Positions 11,496-23,710 of a stretch of 64,000 nt of DNA are shown here, in pieces (the stretch's first letter is position 1; each line of letters opens with the position of its first letter). The notes beneath the pieces are model-generated. The model was given only the letters and a program-made list of their open reading frames with translations. It made no database searches and was not told where the DNA came from. The stretch is from an uncultured Methanosarcinaceae archaeon (lineage in GTDB: Archaea; Halobacteriota; Methanosarcinia; Methanosarcinales; Methanosarcinaceae): contig CAVTET010000003.1 in NCBI GenBank assembly GCA_963733675.1, positions 64,001 to 128,000 of the forward strand, written 5' to 3'. Both the position numbers and the translations under genes were made by a program.

Positions 11496-12452
11496 ATGCT
11501 TTTACATAAACTCTTTGACATCGAGGAAGATATCTATTTTGTGGAGGAAAGTTATCTCGCCCAAAGAACTATTGAGCGTACATTACAGTATCTCAAAAGA
11601 ATTTTGGATGCTTCAGAGGAACAACAGATGCAGCTTTTAAGGGCCAGGGAAGGGGATCACACACTAGGACTGCTGGTCTTCAATCCAGCAGATGAAGAAG
11701 TTTCTGTAGATTTCTGGTCGGTGTTTACTGGATCCCTTGCATTAGCTCCATTGAAAAAAGAGTTTGAGGCTATTGCGAATTCTCTCCTAATTTCCAATAT
11801 TCCTGAAAAAGATATAGAGATATCTTCCGAAAAATGGAGAAATGCAGTGAATGAGTACTACTCCCTTATACTTGTAAACCGGAACCTTTGTCAGGTTTGT
11901 ACTTTCAAGCCTGAGTCCTATGAAAGTGTTTTTTCCGAAAAGCGTGTGATGAAATTGACAAAGCTTCTGGATTTGCTCCAAAAAAGGGGTTTTTACTTTG
12001 GAGAACGGCTCCTCGAAGTATGCTCTGGGAATGGGATGTCTACCCTTGCTCTCCATAGGCTTGGACTGAAGCCATTGGTAGTGGAAGTTAACAAATGTGC
12101 GGTTTGTCAGGGACTTGAACAGGGAGTTTTAGATCCACAAAAAGTTATTGTAATGGATGCGACATCGATTTCCAGGTATTTCGATCCAGAAACCTTTGAT
12201 GCAGTGATGGGCTTTATGCTGGGGCTTATCTATGAATTTAATAAAGAACTCTGGACAGGTATAATAAGGGAGTCAGTCTCAGTTGCAAATAAAGGAGCTC
12301 TTTTACTTTTCACAGTCAATAGTAAGCCTGAAATTGAAATTCTTACCGAAGCTCTGCACAGGGCAGAAGTCGAAGGAGAGATTATTGATAATACGGATTC
12401 TGAGGGAATCTATGATCAATGGATCTTTGTCGGAAGAAAGCAAAGAACTTAA
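11496..12452 (+). CDS. class I SAM-dependent methyltransferase-like protein
   Basis: LLEVCSGNG motif I, acidic VEVN, MDA and FDAV motifs. Confidence 0.7.
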   Translation: MLLHKLFDIEEDIYFVEESYLAQRTIERTLQYLKRILDASEEQQMQLLRAREGDHTLGLLVFNPADEEVSVDFWSVFTGSLALAPLKKEFEAIANSLLISNIPEKDIEISSEKWRNAVNEYYSLILVNRNLCQVCTFKPESYESVFSEKRVMKLTKLLDLLQKRGFYFGERLLEVCSGNGMSTLALHRLGLKPLVVEVNKCAVCQGLEQGVLDPQKVIVMDATSISRYFDPETFDAVMGFMLGLIYEFNKELWTGIIRESVSVANKGALLLFTVNSKPEIEILTEALHRAEVEGEIIDNTDSEGIYDQWIFVGRKQRT

Positions 12453-12470
12453 CTTTCAAGTTACAAATTC

Positions 12471-13028
12471 TCAATCCATATATACTGTATGCAATGTTTC
12501 GTAGATTGGATATTCCGTAGTCAGTATGCTTTTCTTTAAAAGAACTTTATTAACTTTCATACTACCTACTTGCATATCTTTGCACTCTCTAAGGGTATTT
12601 ATAAAAGCGCTTTTCTGATCCCTATTAAGGAATTTCACCCTAGCAAGAGTAGCGTGGGCTGTAAATTCTCTAGCATCTTTTTCGAATTTGAAAGGTTTCA
12701 GTAGATTTTCCACATCTTCATGCAAAATTCTGAATTTTCCGGTTGCACCCAACCAGAGAACTTTAGGATTTGAAGGATTAGGGAAGACCCCCAGTCCCCC
12801 AATTATCGCTTTGAAAGGCTCACATGTAATGGAATCAAGAGCTGAAGAAATTAGTGGAATCCTTGGTTCATCCACATTCCCCAGGAACTTCAAAGTGATG
12901 TGAACGATTTCAGGCTCAACAAGTTTCAGATTAAAACAAGAGAATCGATCCTGGAGTTCCCGGATCTTTTCCCTAAAACAGGGATCTAACTCAACTGCTA
13001 TGAATGTCCTAATCAAAATTTTCACCAA
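12471..13028 (-). CDS. thpR: RNA 2',3'-cyclic phosphodiesterase (2H family)
   Basis: RTFIAV, HITLKFLG and HATLAR (two HxT motifs). Confidence 0.92.
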   Translation of the reverse strand: MVKILIRTFIAVELDPCFREKIRELQDRFSCFNLKLVEPEIVHITLKFLGNVDEPRIPLISSALDSITCEPFKAIIGGLGVFPNPSNPKVLWLGATGKFRILHEDVENLLKPFKFEKDAREFTAHATLARVKFLNRDQKSAFINTLRECKDMQVGSMKVNKVLLKKSILTTEYPIYETLHTVYMD

Positions 13029-13260
13029 TTTAAATAATATAAATTATCAGAAAAATCTTCCTATCATATTCTTTGCGAACTATCCCTCCCTGTAGAGGGA
13101 TGATACCCTCCGAAGGGGACTTCAAGCCTTAGAGTTAAAGATATGAAGACAAAAAAAGATAAAAGTCTCAAGAAAATGGATTCCAAAAAAACTTACCCAT
13201 TAAACAGTGATTAAAGATCTATTAATATGGTTTTTTTTTCAAGATGATTCACTCCTATAT

Positions 13261-13935
13261 TTATATCAATTTATCCAATAGCCTCTTTAGTTTTCGCTTC
13301 ACACTACCTGACATCTGTTTCAGGATGATTGACAGTGGTGTATTTTGTCCTGCCGGTGCCACTTCTCCTTTCTTTATTGCCCTGAGCACAGCTTCCATTG
13401 TATTTTCAGAGGCATTAATCTCGGTATATGCCTGACCTACCATTTCTGGAACATGGGAATCACTTCCTCCAACACCTGGAATTCCGAGTCTTTTTGCCTC
13501 TGCTTCGGCTTTAAGATTGGCATTGTTTAAAATGCAACGGGAATTGAATACCTCAACCGCATCAATATCAAGTCCTTCAAAACTTCCTATCCCATGAGAA
13601 CTCTGTTTGAAAGGGTGAGGTATGATAATCGTGCCTCCAAGTTTCCTGGCCCTCGCTATCGTTTCTTTCGGACTCAATAAAGACTCTATATCTTTCCTGA
13701 TTCCCAGAACCAGAATGTGTCCTTTTGAAGATGTCACCTCTACTCCGGGAATGACTGTGATGTCAAGACCGAGTTCTAAGGCTCTTTTTTCACAGGCAAG
13801 CCCACCTCCCACGGTATCATGGTCACAGATAGCAAAGCCGTCAAGGCCTCTTTTAAGGCCGACCTCTAAGATTTCATCATGACTCGATTTGCTATCTTTT
13901 GAATGATCGGAATGCACGTGAAGATCAAATTTCAT
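13261..13935 (-). CDS. PHP domain phosphoesterase
   Basis: DLHVHS, AICDHD, GVEVT..GH, PHPF and GGSDSH motifs. Confidence 0.92.
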   Translation of the reverse strand: MKFDLHVHSDHSKDSKSSHDEILEVGLKRGLDGFAICDHDTVGGGLACEKRALELGLDITVIPGVEVTSSKGHILVLGIRKDIESLLSPKETIARARKLGGTIIIPHPFKQSSHGIGSFEGLDIDAVEVFNSRCILNNANLKAEAEAKRLGIPGVGGSDSHVPEMVGQAYTEINASENTMEAVLRAIKKGEVAPAGQNTPLSIILKQMSGSVKRKLKRLLDKLI

Positions 13936-14453
13936 GTTGATATAAAGATATGAATTGAATTTATATAAAGAAGTTCAAGCGAATAGTAGTTCTGTTTGCT
14001 GTAGCTCCAATATGACTACTCATATTCGGTTATAATTTTTTTTCTCAACAGCTCAAAAGAAAATAATTTCATTTTTATGCAACCACCTTTAGAAAATTCA
14101 ATGCGGAAGATTTTAATGTAAAATTTATATACAGTTTTCACTAAAACTATTTTGTATTTTTTTGATAATATTTTAGGGCCAAAATACTATTAACCGAAAG
14201 TGAAGCTCTTGATTTTTTTACCCGATTAAATCTTAGTAAATAATTCAGAGTAATTTTACTGAAATATTGTATCATGCCACAATTATGTCCGGTACATATA
14301 CTTGAAAGAAAGTAATTTTCGCAGACTTTTCAAGCTTCATCTTGAAATGGTAAAAAATTTGTTAATCATGTATTTTGTATGCTTTCAATGTGAAACTTTA
14401 TATAGATCCAAGTTATCTGTTTCAGAAGTGTATTGTTTAGACCTGGGGTTCTT

Positions 14454-14822
14454 ATGACAAAAGTCGAAAAAGTATTATTGCTACTCAAAAATATGGTATA
14501 TGAGAGCACCAGCCCACAAGAAACTCTCAAATTTGCAAGATATTATAGGAGTAAGGGACTTAAAGTACTGGTCATTCTGTGGGGCCCTATGGGAGTATTG
14601 CTTGCGAAGAGAGATAAATCAAGAGGTTCACCTAAGTATGATAATTCTGTTCAAGAATGCATAGATATGGGAGTAGAGATTCGGTGCTGTCAGCTCGCTT
14701 CGGATATGATAGGGCTTAAGAAAGAAGAATTGATCCCAGGAATTGAATTTATCTGTTCAAAAGATGTAGCCGAACTTTTTCTGGAATATACAGAAGAAAA
14801 TCAACTAGTCATTAATTTCTGA
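14454..14822 (+). CDS. DsrE-family protein
   Basis: Small alpha/beta protein with GV.LAK and EIRCCQLAS..G..ELIPG, typical of DsrE/F. Confidence 0.7.
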   Translation: MTKVEKVLLLLKNMVYESTSPQETLKFARYYRSKGLKVLVILWGPMGVLLAKRDKSRGSPKYDNSVQECIDMGVEIRCCQLASDMIGLKKEELIPGIEFICSKDVAELFLEYTEENQLVINF

Positions 14823-14958
14823 ATCTGAGGATTCTTTAAAGAAATTTCCTTATAAATAATATAAATTTAATTCAATACTGACCTTCAACCGTGAAGTATT
14901 TTTTGCGTAATCTTATTAAATAATTTCGTTCCATCTAATCATTATCTAACCTTAAAGA

Positions 14959-15052
14959 TAGAGGATTTTAATAAACCTATGATTTTCACGAATCATTTTG
15001 CATTCCATTTATATGCATACTACGAAATATGGGAATTTATCGAAATCCTCTG
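14959..15052 (+). repeat. ~92-bp MITE family A copy
   Basis: TIR TAGAGGATTTTAATAAAC...TTTATCGAAATCCTCTG. Confidence 0.7.
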
Positions 15053-15421
15053 TACCAAATATTCTCATGATTAAATTGAAGTAACAGGTTTATATTAAAT
15101 ATAATATCATACTATTATATTAGAGATAACCATACAAAAAAGTTATTTATTACCTTTTTTTGTGATATTAATATATTTTATAGTGTTGCTTTACTGAAGC
15201 CAATTTTGGTATCAAATCCGAATGAAGAATATTTGACCGATTATTTTCAATTGGGTGAAACATACCTATAACAACCAATGTTTATCTTAAAACTCATTAA
15301 TAAGCAGGGAAAAGAATGAAAACCTGAAGAACTTTTAGGTAGTAAGTGATGCTAATTGATAACGAAGGGCAGAACCTCACAATTCAGACTTAAGTCTCTA
15401 TTATAGCAGTAGGTATCGACA

Positions 15422-15625
15422 ATGACCACTAATGGGACGGATGAAAAAACACCGTTAATAGTAATGGGCTATGTCTTACAAGCCGTAATGAACGCTCTCA
15501 AGGATGAAGGCATTCATTTTGACCTTGGAGAAAATTCAGAGGGAATAAATGACTTTTTTCAGGTTGTAATTATATCGAAAAAAGATATGATTAGGGCAAA
15601 TGAGCTTCTTGAAAAGTACAAGTGA
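15422..15625 (+). CDS. small hypothetical protein; stop codon lies within an IS end
   Basis: 67-aa ORF preceded by AGGT; protein-like composition. Confidence 0.45.
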   Translation: MTTNGTDEKTPLIVMGYVLQAVMNALKDEGIHFDLGENSEGINDFFQVVIISKKDMIRANELLEKYK

Positions 15626-16420
15626 ACTCCCCTTCCATGCCGCTGATGCGTCGAGGGAGGGGCTTCCTTCCAGTACTTAAATCATTTTATTATAAACATC
15701 ACTGTTTCTAACTAACAACAAGCCTTTTTGTCGAAGACTATCAACAAAATATTGATAGTTTTTACATAAAGCATTCTGTGATAGAAAAAGTTTCATGATA
15801 TTAATTTAATTATTTCCATCTGATCAATAACATTTCCACAATCTCAATTTATATTTCATTCCCAAATAGACATTTTTATATCTAGTTCCACAAACACAAC
15901 ACCCTTTGGAAGTATAGTTTTCATCTATTTTTTAAAACTTTTACCTATGAGTTCGCACTCGTAGCCAAAAATTCAAGGAAATCGTAGAGAGAACCTTGAT
16001 TCCGAGTTGATATATTTTGAGAATGCCTTTTTTCCTTTTTTTAGATTGAGCCATTTCTTTGACTTTCAAATCTCCTATAATCGGAGTATTATCTTTGGTA
16101 TTGTTAACCATTTTACAAGAAAGTTCATATTGAAAATTCACTAATTTATTGGATTTTTTGCCATTTTTCAAAAGTCTTATGCGTTGGATTTATTTTTTAT
16201 ATTATATCGAACTTTCCTTTTGCCCTTACAATGATCCCTTCGAGACTTTATAGAACATAATTTTGGTTTCCAATGGTGATCTGATATAGTAGTTTTAATT
16301 TCAAAGAATTTACAGTCAGTATTTACATAAGTTACTTGCTTTGGAATATCTGCATCAATAGCTTATAAATCCCACTATCAATATATTAAGTTTCAATCAC
16401 TTTATGACCTGATTAGGGAA
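15622..16420 (-). pseudogene. tnpB: decayed tnpB element (IS605/IS1341-like) with recognisable right end
   Basis: Minus-strand end GGAAGCCCCTCCC...GGAAGGGGAGTTCAC; fragments KAIDA and FQYELSCKMVNNT..IIGDLKVKEM. Confidence 0.7.
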
Positions 16421-16949
16421 CTTGATAGTATTTGGTATAAAAATGTAGCTGTTACACTTGAAAACTTTAAGTACAATGTAACGAACTGATGCGGTTTCAG
16501 AGAAAATTTGAACAAAAATAAAAACAAATGATATGGGAAAAACTAACAAGGAACTAACAAAATACTATGAGGGAAGCGTTCCATTCTCAAGAATAGGTAT
16601 TAAGACTAGCAGTCTCAATACTCATTGACACAACTGAAGACTAGATACGGGAAACACTTATAATTGAAAAGTTATCAAAAAAAGTTTAACTGGCATAGAG
16701 CAAATTTTGCATGAAATAAGTAACTGTGCAAGTTATATTATATATCCAGGTAAAAAAAACAAGGACATCCAAATTTTAATATTGTTATTCCGCCTTCCTT
16801 ACTGTATTGAAGTGATATTGCAGTCAGTTTTCATAATTTTGCATTTAATAGTTAGGAACCGTTTTGATTCTCCCACAATTTAAAGACCATCGAAAGCATA
16901 AGCTATGCATTTCATTTCAGTCACTACTTCCATTTAATGGAAATGAAAA

Positions 16950-17520
16950 TCTAACTGTTTTTTATCTAATTTACACTTGGTGATTTTTTTCTGCTTTATG
17001 GTATTTGGAGCGCTTTTTTGTTTATGTTACTCAAACAAGCTTTAGCTTTGGAACCACTCAATTTAGCTTGTGACATTTAGAAGTAGAAACCTTAGTCTTG
17101 CATATATGAGTTTCTGAATTTGGCACTTCTGTTGTGCCATAAAGCTCACTGCCATACATCAAAGGTACAAGCACAACAACCGCCATAACCATCATAGTTA
17201 GGTACAAAAATCTCTGCAAAAGGGTTTCAACTAACGATAGCAGTCATCAGTTTGTATAGTTTCACTAACTACATTTGATTTGATATTATTGTTTGTTGCA
17301 TACACTGAATTGGTTACAGAACAAGCATCAAGATCTGCTTGTGTTATTGAATAGGTAGATATTATTATAACGCGTTTACCTGGGCCAAAATCACCGTTTT
17401 GTACAGAGATTTGGATAATCTTGTTGTCTGTAATCGAACTCTTTCATAGGATATCCAGCCTTGCTGCGTTAGTTACATTGCAATTGTATGTGATAGTCTC
17501 TTCGACATAACCATAACCTG
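16950..17520 (-). pseudogene. DUF11/DUF7507-type Ig-like surface protein pseudogene
   Basis: Minus-strand translation YGYVEETITYNCNVTN...TYSITQADLDACSVTNSVYA with internal stop. Confidence 0.6.
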
Positions 17521-18475
17521 AAAAGATTACTGCCATTTTTGAGCCCTCAGACTCTGCAGCTCTAAGATCTCGCCGGGATATCCTCAAAATGATGGAATCT
17601 CAATCTTTGACCTTGACAAAAGCAGTGAACAATTGAGGTCTTATGGGCATCAATAATGTATCAAAAAATAGATCGTGGGAGTTGTGGAAAAAAGACGCCA
17701 TCTCTCGAAGAGCTACTTGACAATTTTTCACTTTCGGACACATAACTACACTAAGAAATTTTATTTTGGGATCTGTGCCAAAGTGTATTATATGGATCAT
17801 GATATATTAATTTAACATGAAATGATATATATTAGCATATATAGAGAATAAAGTAATAACATTAACTAAATAGAATAAAATAAAATATACTTAGTCACGA
17901 TATCAAAGTCAATGCCAACAACTTTATGGGATGAAAAATTATTATTCCACTGGTATCAACATATGAAAATTTAAACAGCAATACCTTTTATTGAAAGTAA
18001 AAAATGGAAATATTTGACAAAAATTTATTGAGTGAGACTAAGGTATTGAAAAATCGAGTTACTGATTCAGTTTATTCATGTTTTAGTTTTGTTTAGAGTA
18101 CTTTACATTATTCTTTTTTCTGATTTTTCGATTTATGATTATGATCTAAGCTGATTAGTTACAAATATTCAATGAGCTCCAGATGCTCTATGAGTCCTAT
18201 AAGCTCCATGAGATATAAATTGACAACTTTTTCTTATTTATTGTAGAACTGAGGAAGTTCAGAGATTTTATCACAAAAACTGTAAATTGATAAAAACGAT
18301 AAATTCTATTTTTTGTGGCAAAGAAAAGCGTATAGATTCGATCAAAACTTACATAACTTGTTACAAACTGGCAAAATTAGGCACATTACCAAAGTTTTTA
18401 TCAAAAAATAAAATATATTATGTATAATAAATATCTCTATTCTAAACTAATTTAAAATTATGTGTTAGAGATATG

Positions 18476-19330
18476 GGTTCCGTTGCAAAAAATCCTTTCT
18501 AATGATACAATAGAATAAAAAGAAAACCAAAGATAGTAACATGCTATCTAATTCCTTTAAATGGAAGCATTATGAAGGGGAAATTATCTTATTGAATGTA
18601 AGATGGTACTTAAAATATCCATTGAGCTATAGAAATTTAAAGGAAATGATGATAGAAAGAGGAATTCAAGTTGATCACAGTACTATAATGAGATGGGTAC
18701 ATCAATATTCCCCTGAAATAGAAAAGAAGATAAGAAGACATTTAAGACCAACAAATGATTCGTGGAGAGTTGATGAAACCTATATCAAAGTAAAAGGTAA
18801 ATGGAAATATTTTTATCGAGCAGTTAACTCAAATGGAGATACAATTGATTTCATGTTAAGTTCAAAACGAAACAGAAAAGCAGCGAAGAGATTCTTTAAG
18901 AAAGCTTTAAGTTCTAATCATAATCAAATTCCAAGATTAATAACCGTTGATAAGAATCCAGCTTATCCACCTGCTATAGATAAACTAAAAATTGATAAAA
19001 TATTACATAAAAACGTAGGCATTCGACAAATCAAGTATTTGAATAACATTATAGAACAAGATCACAGATCTATAAAGAGAATCGTTAATCCAATGTTAGG
19101 ATTTCAGTCTTTTCGATCTGCTAATAAGACTTTAAAAGGAATTGAAGCTATAAATATGATCAAAAAAGGACAAGTAATCGATCTAAATTACTCTGTTCTT
19201 AATGAAGTCAAATACATTAATCAATTATTTGGTATAGTTTTATAATGTTAGTACATTTTCCTTGAATGTTTTGATTTTTATTAATCACTTATAGATTTAC
19301 ATATTTTTTTGAAGTTTTTGCAACTGAACC
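18476..19330 (+). mobile_element. IS6-family insertion sequence (855 bp)
   Basis: TIRs GGTTCCGTTGCAAAA and TTTTGCAACTGAACC; no target-site duplication seen. Confidence 0.95.
18541..19245 (+). CDS. IS6-family DDE transposase (intact ORF)
   Basis: FKWKHY, WRVDETYIKVKG, TVDKNPAY and NNIIEQDHR motifs. Confidence 0.96.
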   Translation: MLSNSFKWKHYEGEIILLNVRWYLKYPLSYRNLKEMMIERGIQVDHSTIMRWVHQYSPEIEKKIRRHLRPTNDSWRVDETYIKVKGKWKYFYRAVNSNGDTIDFMLSSKRNRKAAKRFFKKALSSNHNQIPRLITVDKNPAYPPAIDKLKIDKILHKNVGIRQIKYLNNIIEQDHRSIKRIVNPMLGFQSFRSANKTLKGIEAINMIKKGQVIDLNYSVLNEVKYINQLFGIVL

Positions 19331-19345
19331 TGTTTTCGACCTGTT

Positions 19346-20224
19346 TCAAGAAAGATTTGCAATAATTTCTTCGATTTCCCCGACTCCTTCACTTTTTACT
19401 GTTATTTCTTCCCTGCTGTGAACCCCTAAATTAAGTTCCACAGCCCTTTTGATCTGAGGTTGGGCCCAGACAGAATGATTCTGGATCTTGGGAACTGTGC
19501 CCAGGGTTTTCAGGAGGGCAAGACCCACAGCATCATTTGCTATCACATCCGAACTTGCCAGCACGATATCAGGCTCTCTCAAAGTTCCTATGTTAGGGCC
19601 GTCGGTAACAAAGCATTTAGTAGCATCTGAGATATAAAAGTCAGGCCTGTAAACAAGGTTTGACTCAGCAATCATATTACCAAAAAGCATATCCCAATTT
19701 TGTCCATGAGGAAGTTGTCGTCGGTCCCCGTCTGCGGTGATGCTTATCTGTGACTTGAGCCCCATGGTAAACGTTGCAGTCCAGTGGGTCTTGATAACTG
19801 GCAGAGCGATCAAATAATCAATTGATTCCAAAAACTCAGGGACTTCGAACCCATATAGCCAGGAGTTAGCTCCCTTTGGCTCCACACGCCGACGTTTCAT
19901 GTGATCAAAAATATGGATTTCGTCTACACCTTCGGTTTCTGCGACCTTCCAAAGTCCAAGTTCCTTAAGCACTTTTTCTGTGTCCAGCAGAGTCATCGAC
20001 TTTTCAGCCACAATTACCTTTTCAGGGTTATATTTCTGCACTTCCCGGATAGCTCCCCTCAATACTTGGGGATTTGTTGATCCAGGAGGCAGGTCTGCAG
20101 TATTTGCATTCGGCCGAATCATCACAGTAGATCCTTTTTCTATTCCCAGCCCTCCAGCTAATTCCACTGCTGTTTTTACGGATTCAATGGTATTTTTATT
20201 TCTAGAAAGTCCAACGATCACCAT
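19346..20224 (-). CDS. DUF362 domain protein
   Basis: IRPN, STNPQV, LPVIKTH..TMGLK and ASSDVIAND motifs. Confidence 0.85.
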   Translation of the reverse strand: MVIVGLSRNKNTIESVKTAVELAGGLGIEKGSTVMIRPNANTADLPPGSTNPQVLRGAIREVQKYNPEKVIVAEKSMTLLDTEKVLKELGLWKVAETEGVDEIHIFDHMKRRRVEPKGANSWLYGFEVPEFLESIDYLIALPVIKTHWTATFTMGLKSQISITADGDRRQLPHGQNWDMLFGNMIAESNLVYRPDFYISDATKCFVTDGPNIGTLREPDIVLASSDVIANDAVGLALLKTLGTVPKIQNHSVWAQPQIKRAVELNLGVHSREEITVKSEGVGEIEEIIANLS

Positions 20225-20400
20225 ACTAAAGCACCTGAATAGTAATTATAGCCGGAATATAAATTTCGTCATTAATGGAATCGTTCAAGTTATCCATTGT
20301 AGTTCCACTCTCCCTTAAGCTGAAAGTGATTGAAAGCGTGGACAGTTTTCTTAGGAGTAGCGGCTCTAAAACGTTCAGCTATCTAATAATCCCCTTCTTA

Positions 20401-21268
20401 GAGTCTATCCGAAAAGTCCTGCTGATCTGAATGTTATCAATGCGCATGCTAAATGTAGGACAGCAAGGTAATTTTCAATTTTCTTTTCCCATCTTATAAG
20501 GGTCTTCTGAATCTATTCAGCCAAAAATGTGTCCTTTCTACAACCCATCTTCTTGCCCTAAAACGAGGTATGCCTCTTCTTATGTTTTCTTCTCCACGAC
20601 TTTTGATATGCAGTATAACCATATTCTTCAACCAATTTTCTGATATCGATGAAATCATAACCCTTATCTATGCATATATTCTGAATTATGTTTTCTGGAG
20701 AAGGTCTTTCAAAGAATATGGCGTCTAAAGTCCTTTTCACAAGCTTTTTATCGTGACGATTGGCTCCATCCACGACAACAGAAAGTGGTATGCCTTTACT
20801 ATCAGTTAAAACATTCCTTTTTGTATCTTTTTTGCCACGATCAGTAGGATTGGCTCCTGTTCCAGCTCCATCTAATGGTGCTTTTGTCATAGCACCATCA
20901 ATTGATTGTCATTCCCATTCTAATCCTTTTTCGAAATCATACTCAACAAGACCAGCCATCCACATGCTCTCAAATAAGCCTGATATTTGCCATTCCTGAA
21001 ATCGATCATATACAGTGCTTGGAGCTCTATAAAATCGTGGCAATGTTTTCCATTGGCAACCAGTAACAAGGAGATAGAAAATGCCACTCATTATTTTCCT
21101 ATCACTCTTTCTAGGTCTTCCAGACTTCTTTTTTGGCTTAGGTACAGGTAGTAAAGGCTCTATTTTTTCCAATAATCTTCAGAAATTTCGTAGTCCTGAA
21201 CAATTTTCCGTTTTGTCATTACCACACATGATCTTAAATTGAAAGTAGATTATTTTTCGGATAGGCTC
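20401..21268 (-). mobile_element. IS5-family element, two-ORF transposase, degenerate
   Basis: TIRs GAGTCTATCCGAAAA and TTTTCGGATAGGCTC flanked by TA on both sides; fragments GRPR..TGCQW..STVYDRFQEW and DKGYD..RWVVERT. Confidence 0.9.
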
Positions 21269-21277
21269 TAAGTTCTT

Positions 21278-21700
21278 TTAAAATTCTCCGATAATTTGCA
21301 ACACGATTTTTCTTGTCTTTTCAATCCTGTCAAAGTTTATATATACAATTTGCTGCCATGTCCCAAGTGTCATTCTTTTTTCAACGAAAGGGATTGTAAT
21401 ACTAGGACCTATGAGTAGTGCTCTTAAATGAGATCCTCCATTGTAATCTCCCCAAGTCTCATGATGATGATAATCCTTGTCTAGAGGGATTAGCTTATCA
21501 AGAATTTCTGAAACATCCTTTGAAAGATTTGGCTCATATTCCATTGTGGTTATTGCCCCTGTTGACCCAATACAGAATACTGTAACTGCCCCATTACTTA
21601 TTTTTGAGTTCTTGATTTCCTTTGATACAATTTCGGTAATATCGACAATTCCACAGTCTTCTTTTCCAACTACTGAGATTTCTCTTGTTTCTACATGCAT
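21278..21700 (-). CDS. yjbQ: YjbQ/UPF0047 family protein
   Basis: GSTGAITTMEYEP, YHH..NGGSHLRA and LGTWQQI motifs. Confidence 0.9.
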   Translation of the reverse strand: MHVETREISVVGKEDCGIVDITEIVSKEIKNSKISNGAVTVFCIGSTGAITTMEYEPNLSKDVSEILDKLIPLDKDYHHHETWGDYNGGSHLRALLIGPSITIPFVEKRMTLGTWQQIVYINFDRIEKTRKIVLQIIGEF

Positions 21701-22439
21701 GAAATGATAATTAGCAGGTTAAATTGATATATTCTTGCAGTCTTTTAAAAGCAAGTTGAATTACAGCTGATTTAAGAATGGGTTTCTTTGAGCAGATAGA
21801 GCATAATTCAAGGAGTCTGAGGGTCTGTCTCTGGCAAACAGAATACTCGGCAAGCATTAGAATTTTTTTGTACTGTGTAGTGGATACTTTATGTGATTTG
21901 AAAATGAGATTATATTAAAATCTATGCATATTAGCTTATATAGATAGAAATTTCATTTCAGAATGATACTAAAAAATCACGAAATACAGAGATTTTATAC
22001 TAAAACCCATGTCTTCGTTAAAGAGATACCATGTTTATTGTGGTAATTAAAAAGGTAACATAGAGGTAATTGTAATCTACAGAACTTTCAGTACACTGCA
22101 TCTCTAGTCGGTTTGAGATAAAATTGCTGAAATTGATCCCTTTATTGATTTGAAACCGCTTTCGGTTGATGACTTTGGAAATAAAAGAAGTATTTTAAGG
22201 GTAGAGGGAGCTGTCTTTGGAATCAAAGAATGGTGGACAAGAAAAGAAAACGAAGACCAAATACAGAAATCAGCGGGAAAGATGGACAGGTTTCACACGA
22301 AGACAAAAACTCGACGTAAATCGAAATACTCTATAATTCAAAATAGTATCCTGGAAAAATTTTTATTTTTGATCTTAGATCGTTGATTGCAGATCCTAGA
22401 TAATTTGCAGAAGATGTTGCGGAATGAAATTAAAATTTC

Positions 22440-22960
22440 TTGGGTGCACCGTGCTGCAGCAATGTGATAAGTTTGCGTCCCAGCTCCGGCTATCAAGGAA
22501 TTATACAAAATCAAATATCTTCATGTGCTTATATATTTTCTACCTGGTTTCCCAGATTTTCAACATCATTTTTAATTTCATCGAAAGTTGTACTATCATC
22601 CTAAGTTTCAAAGTAACCTTCATCAATCCAAAGTCCGCTATCCCGCAACTGTTTTGATCCCAAAGTGTTCTTTAAAATTTTTTGCATGATACTTTTTATA
22701 ATCTTCATCACTATTGAAGGAGAATATTTTGGTTTAGTACCGATGAAAAGATATACCTGATCATCAACATTACCGATCGCATTAAACTCAAAAAAGCTTT
22801 TTACAGTTTAAAAGCATATAACTTTCAAATAGTTGATCATGTCATTTTCTAAAAGAAGTTTTTTACGATACTTCATACTAAAAGTATGTGATATCTTGTG
22901 TTATAGACACAATAATCCACATGATGTAGTTCCATTTTTACAGTTCAAAGGTAGTTTCAA
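22440..22960 (-). mobile_element. decayed IS200-type element (relative of 9170-9790)
   Basis: MELHHVDYCVY..KYRKK and PKYSP..IIKSI..GLWIDEGY fragments; end sequence similar to 9175-9226. Confidence 0.75.
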
Positions 22961-23474
22961 ATATAAATTAGTTAGTTAATAGTGATTCTCTAGAAATTTT
23001 CCATTATGTAGAAAGCAACTGGATATTCGACTGGAATAAAACTTTAAGAACTTTTTGAAAGTTATGTTTGCTTCATCGGGTAAATTTATAATACCAACGA
23101 TTGTATATAATTCAAAGAATATAAACTGTATACTAGCTGTGTCTATACCTGATATGGAGTAATTTTTCTTTATCACAATCAATGGCTTAATTGTTTTATA
23201 TAATTTTCTTCATATTTTGCTGATTTTTAGACATTATCTCGAAATTGATGATATTCAAAAATACTGAATTTAAACAAAAATATATTAAGCCCACCTGAAT
23301 ACTTTAATCTGAAAAAACAAAATTGAGCCTGAGTGGAGATATACTCTGGCTAGAAAAAAACTTTTTGATATATGGGATCGCAAAAATTTGTTATTACATT
23401 CGCAGAATGTGGGAAGTAATAGAATAAAAACCCAGAAGATGATAGAAATTCTCGAAAAACGATCCATAATATAT

Positions 23475-23619
23475 TATTCTACATTCGCAGATGTACACAT
23501 GTGTACAATTTATTTGTTTATTTGACCACTACTATCCATTGAAAGTTAGATTAATTTTTAATCTTTTTCATATTGAGAAAATAGATGGCATTCTTGTATG
23601 CATCTGCGGAAAGTGAGTA
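23475..23619. repeat. ~145-bp MITE-like element
   Basis: Imperfect TIR TATTCTACATTCGCAGATGTACAC...GTATGCATCTGCGGAAAGTGAGTA. Confidence 0.5.
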
Positions 23620-23710
23620 TGCTAATGACTTTGTATTTCATCACAGCTATTTAATCGTTAATCTGATAAAGTTCTGAATAAATACAAGAAATAGTTGTGG
23701 GAAAAAGGAT

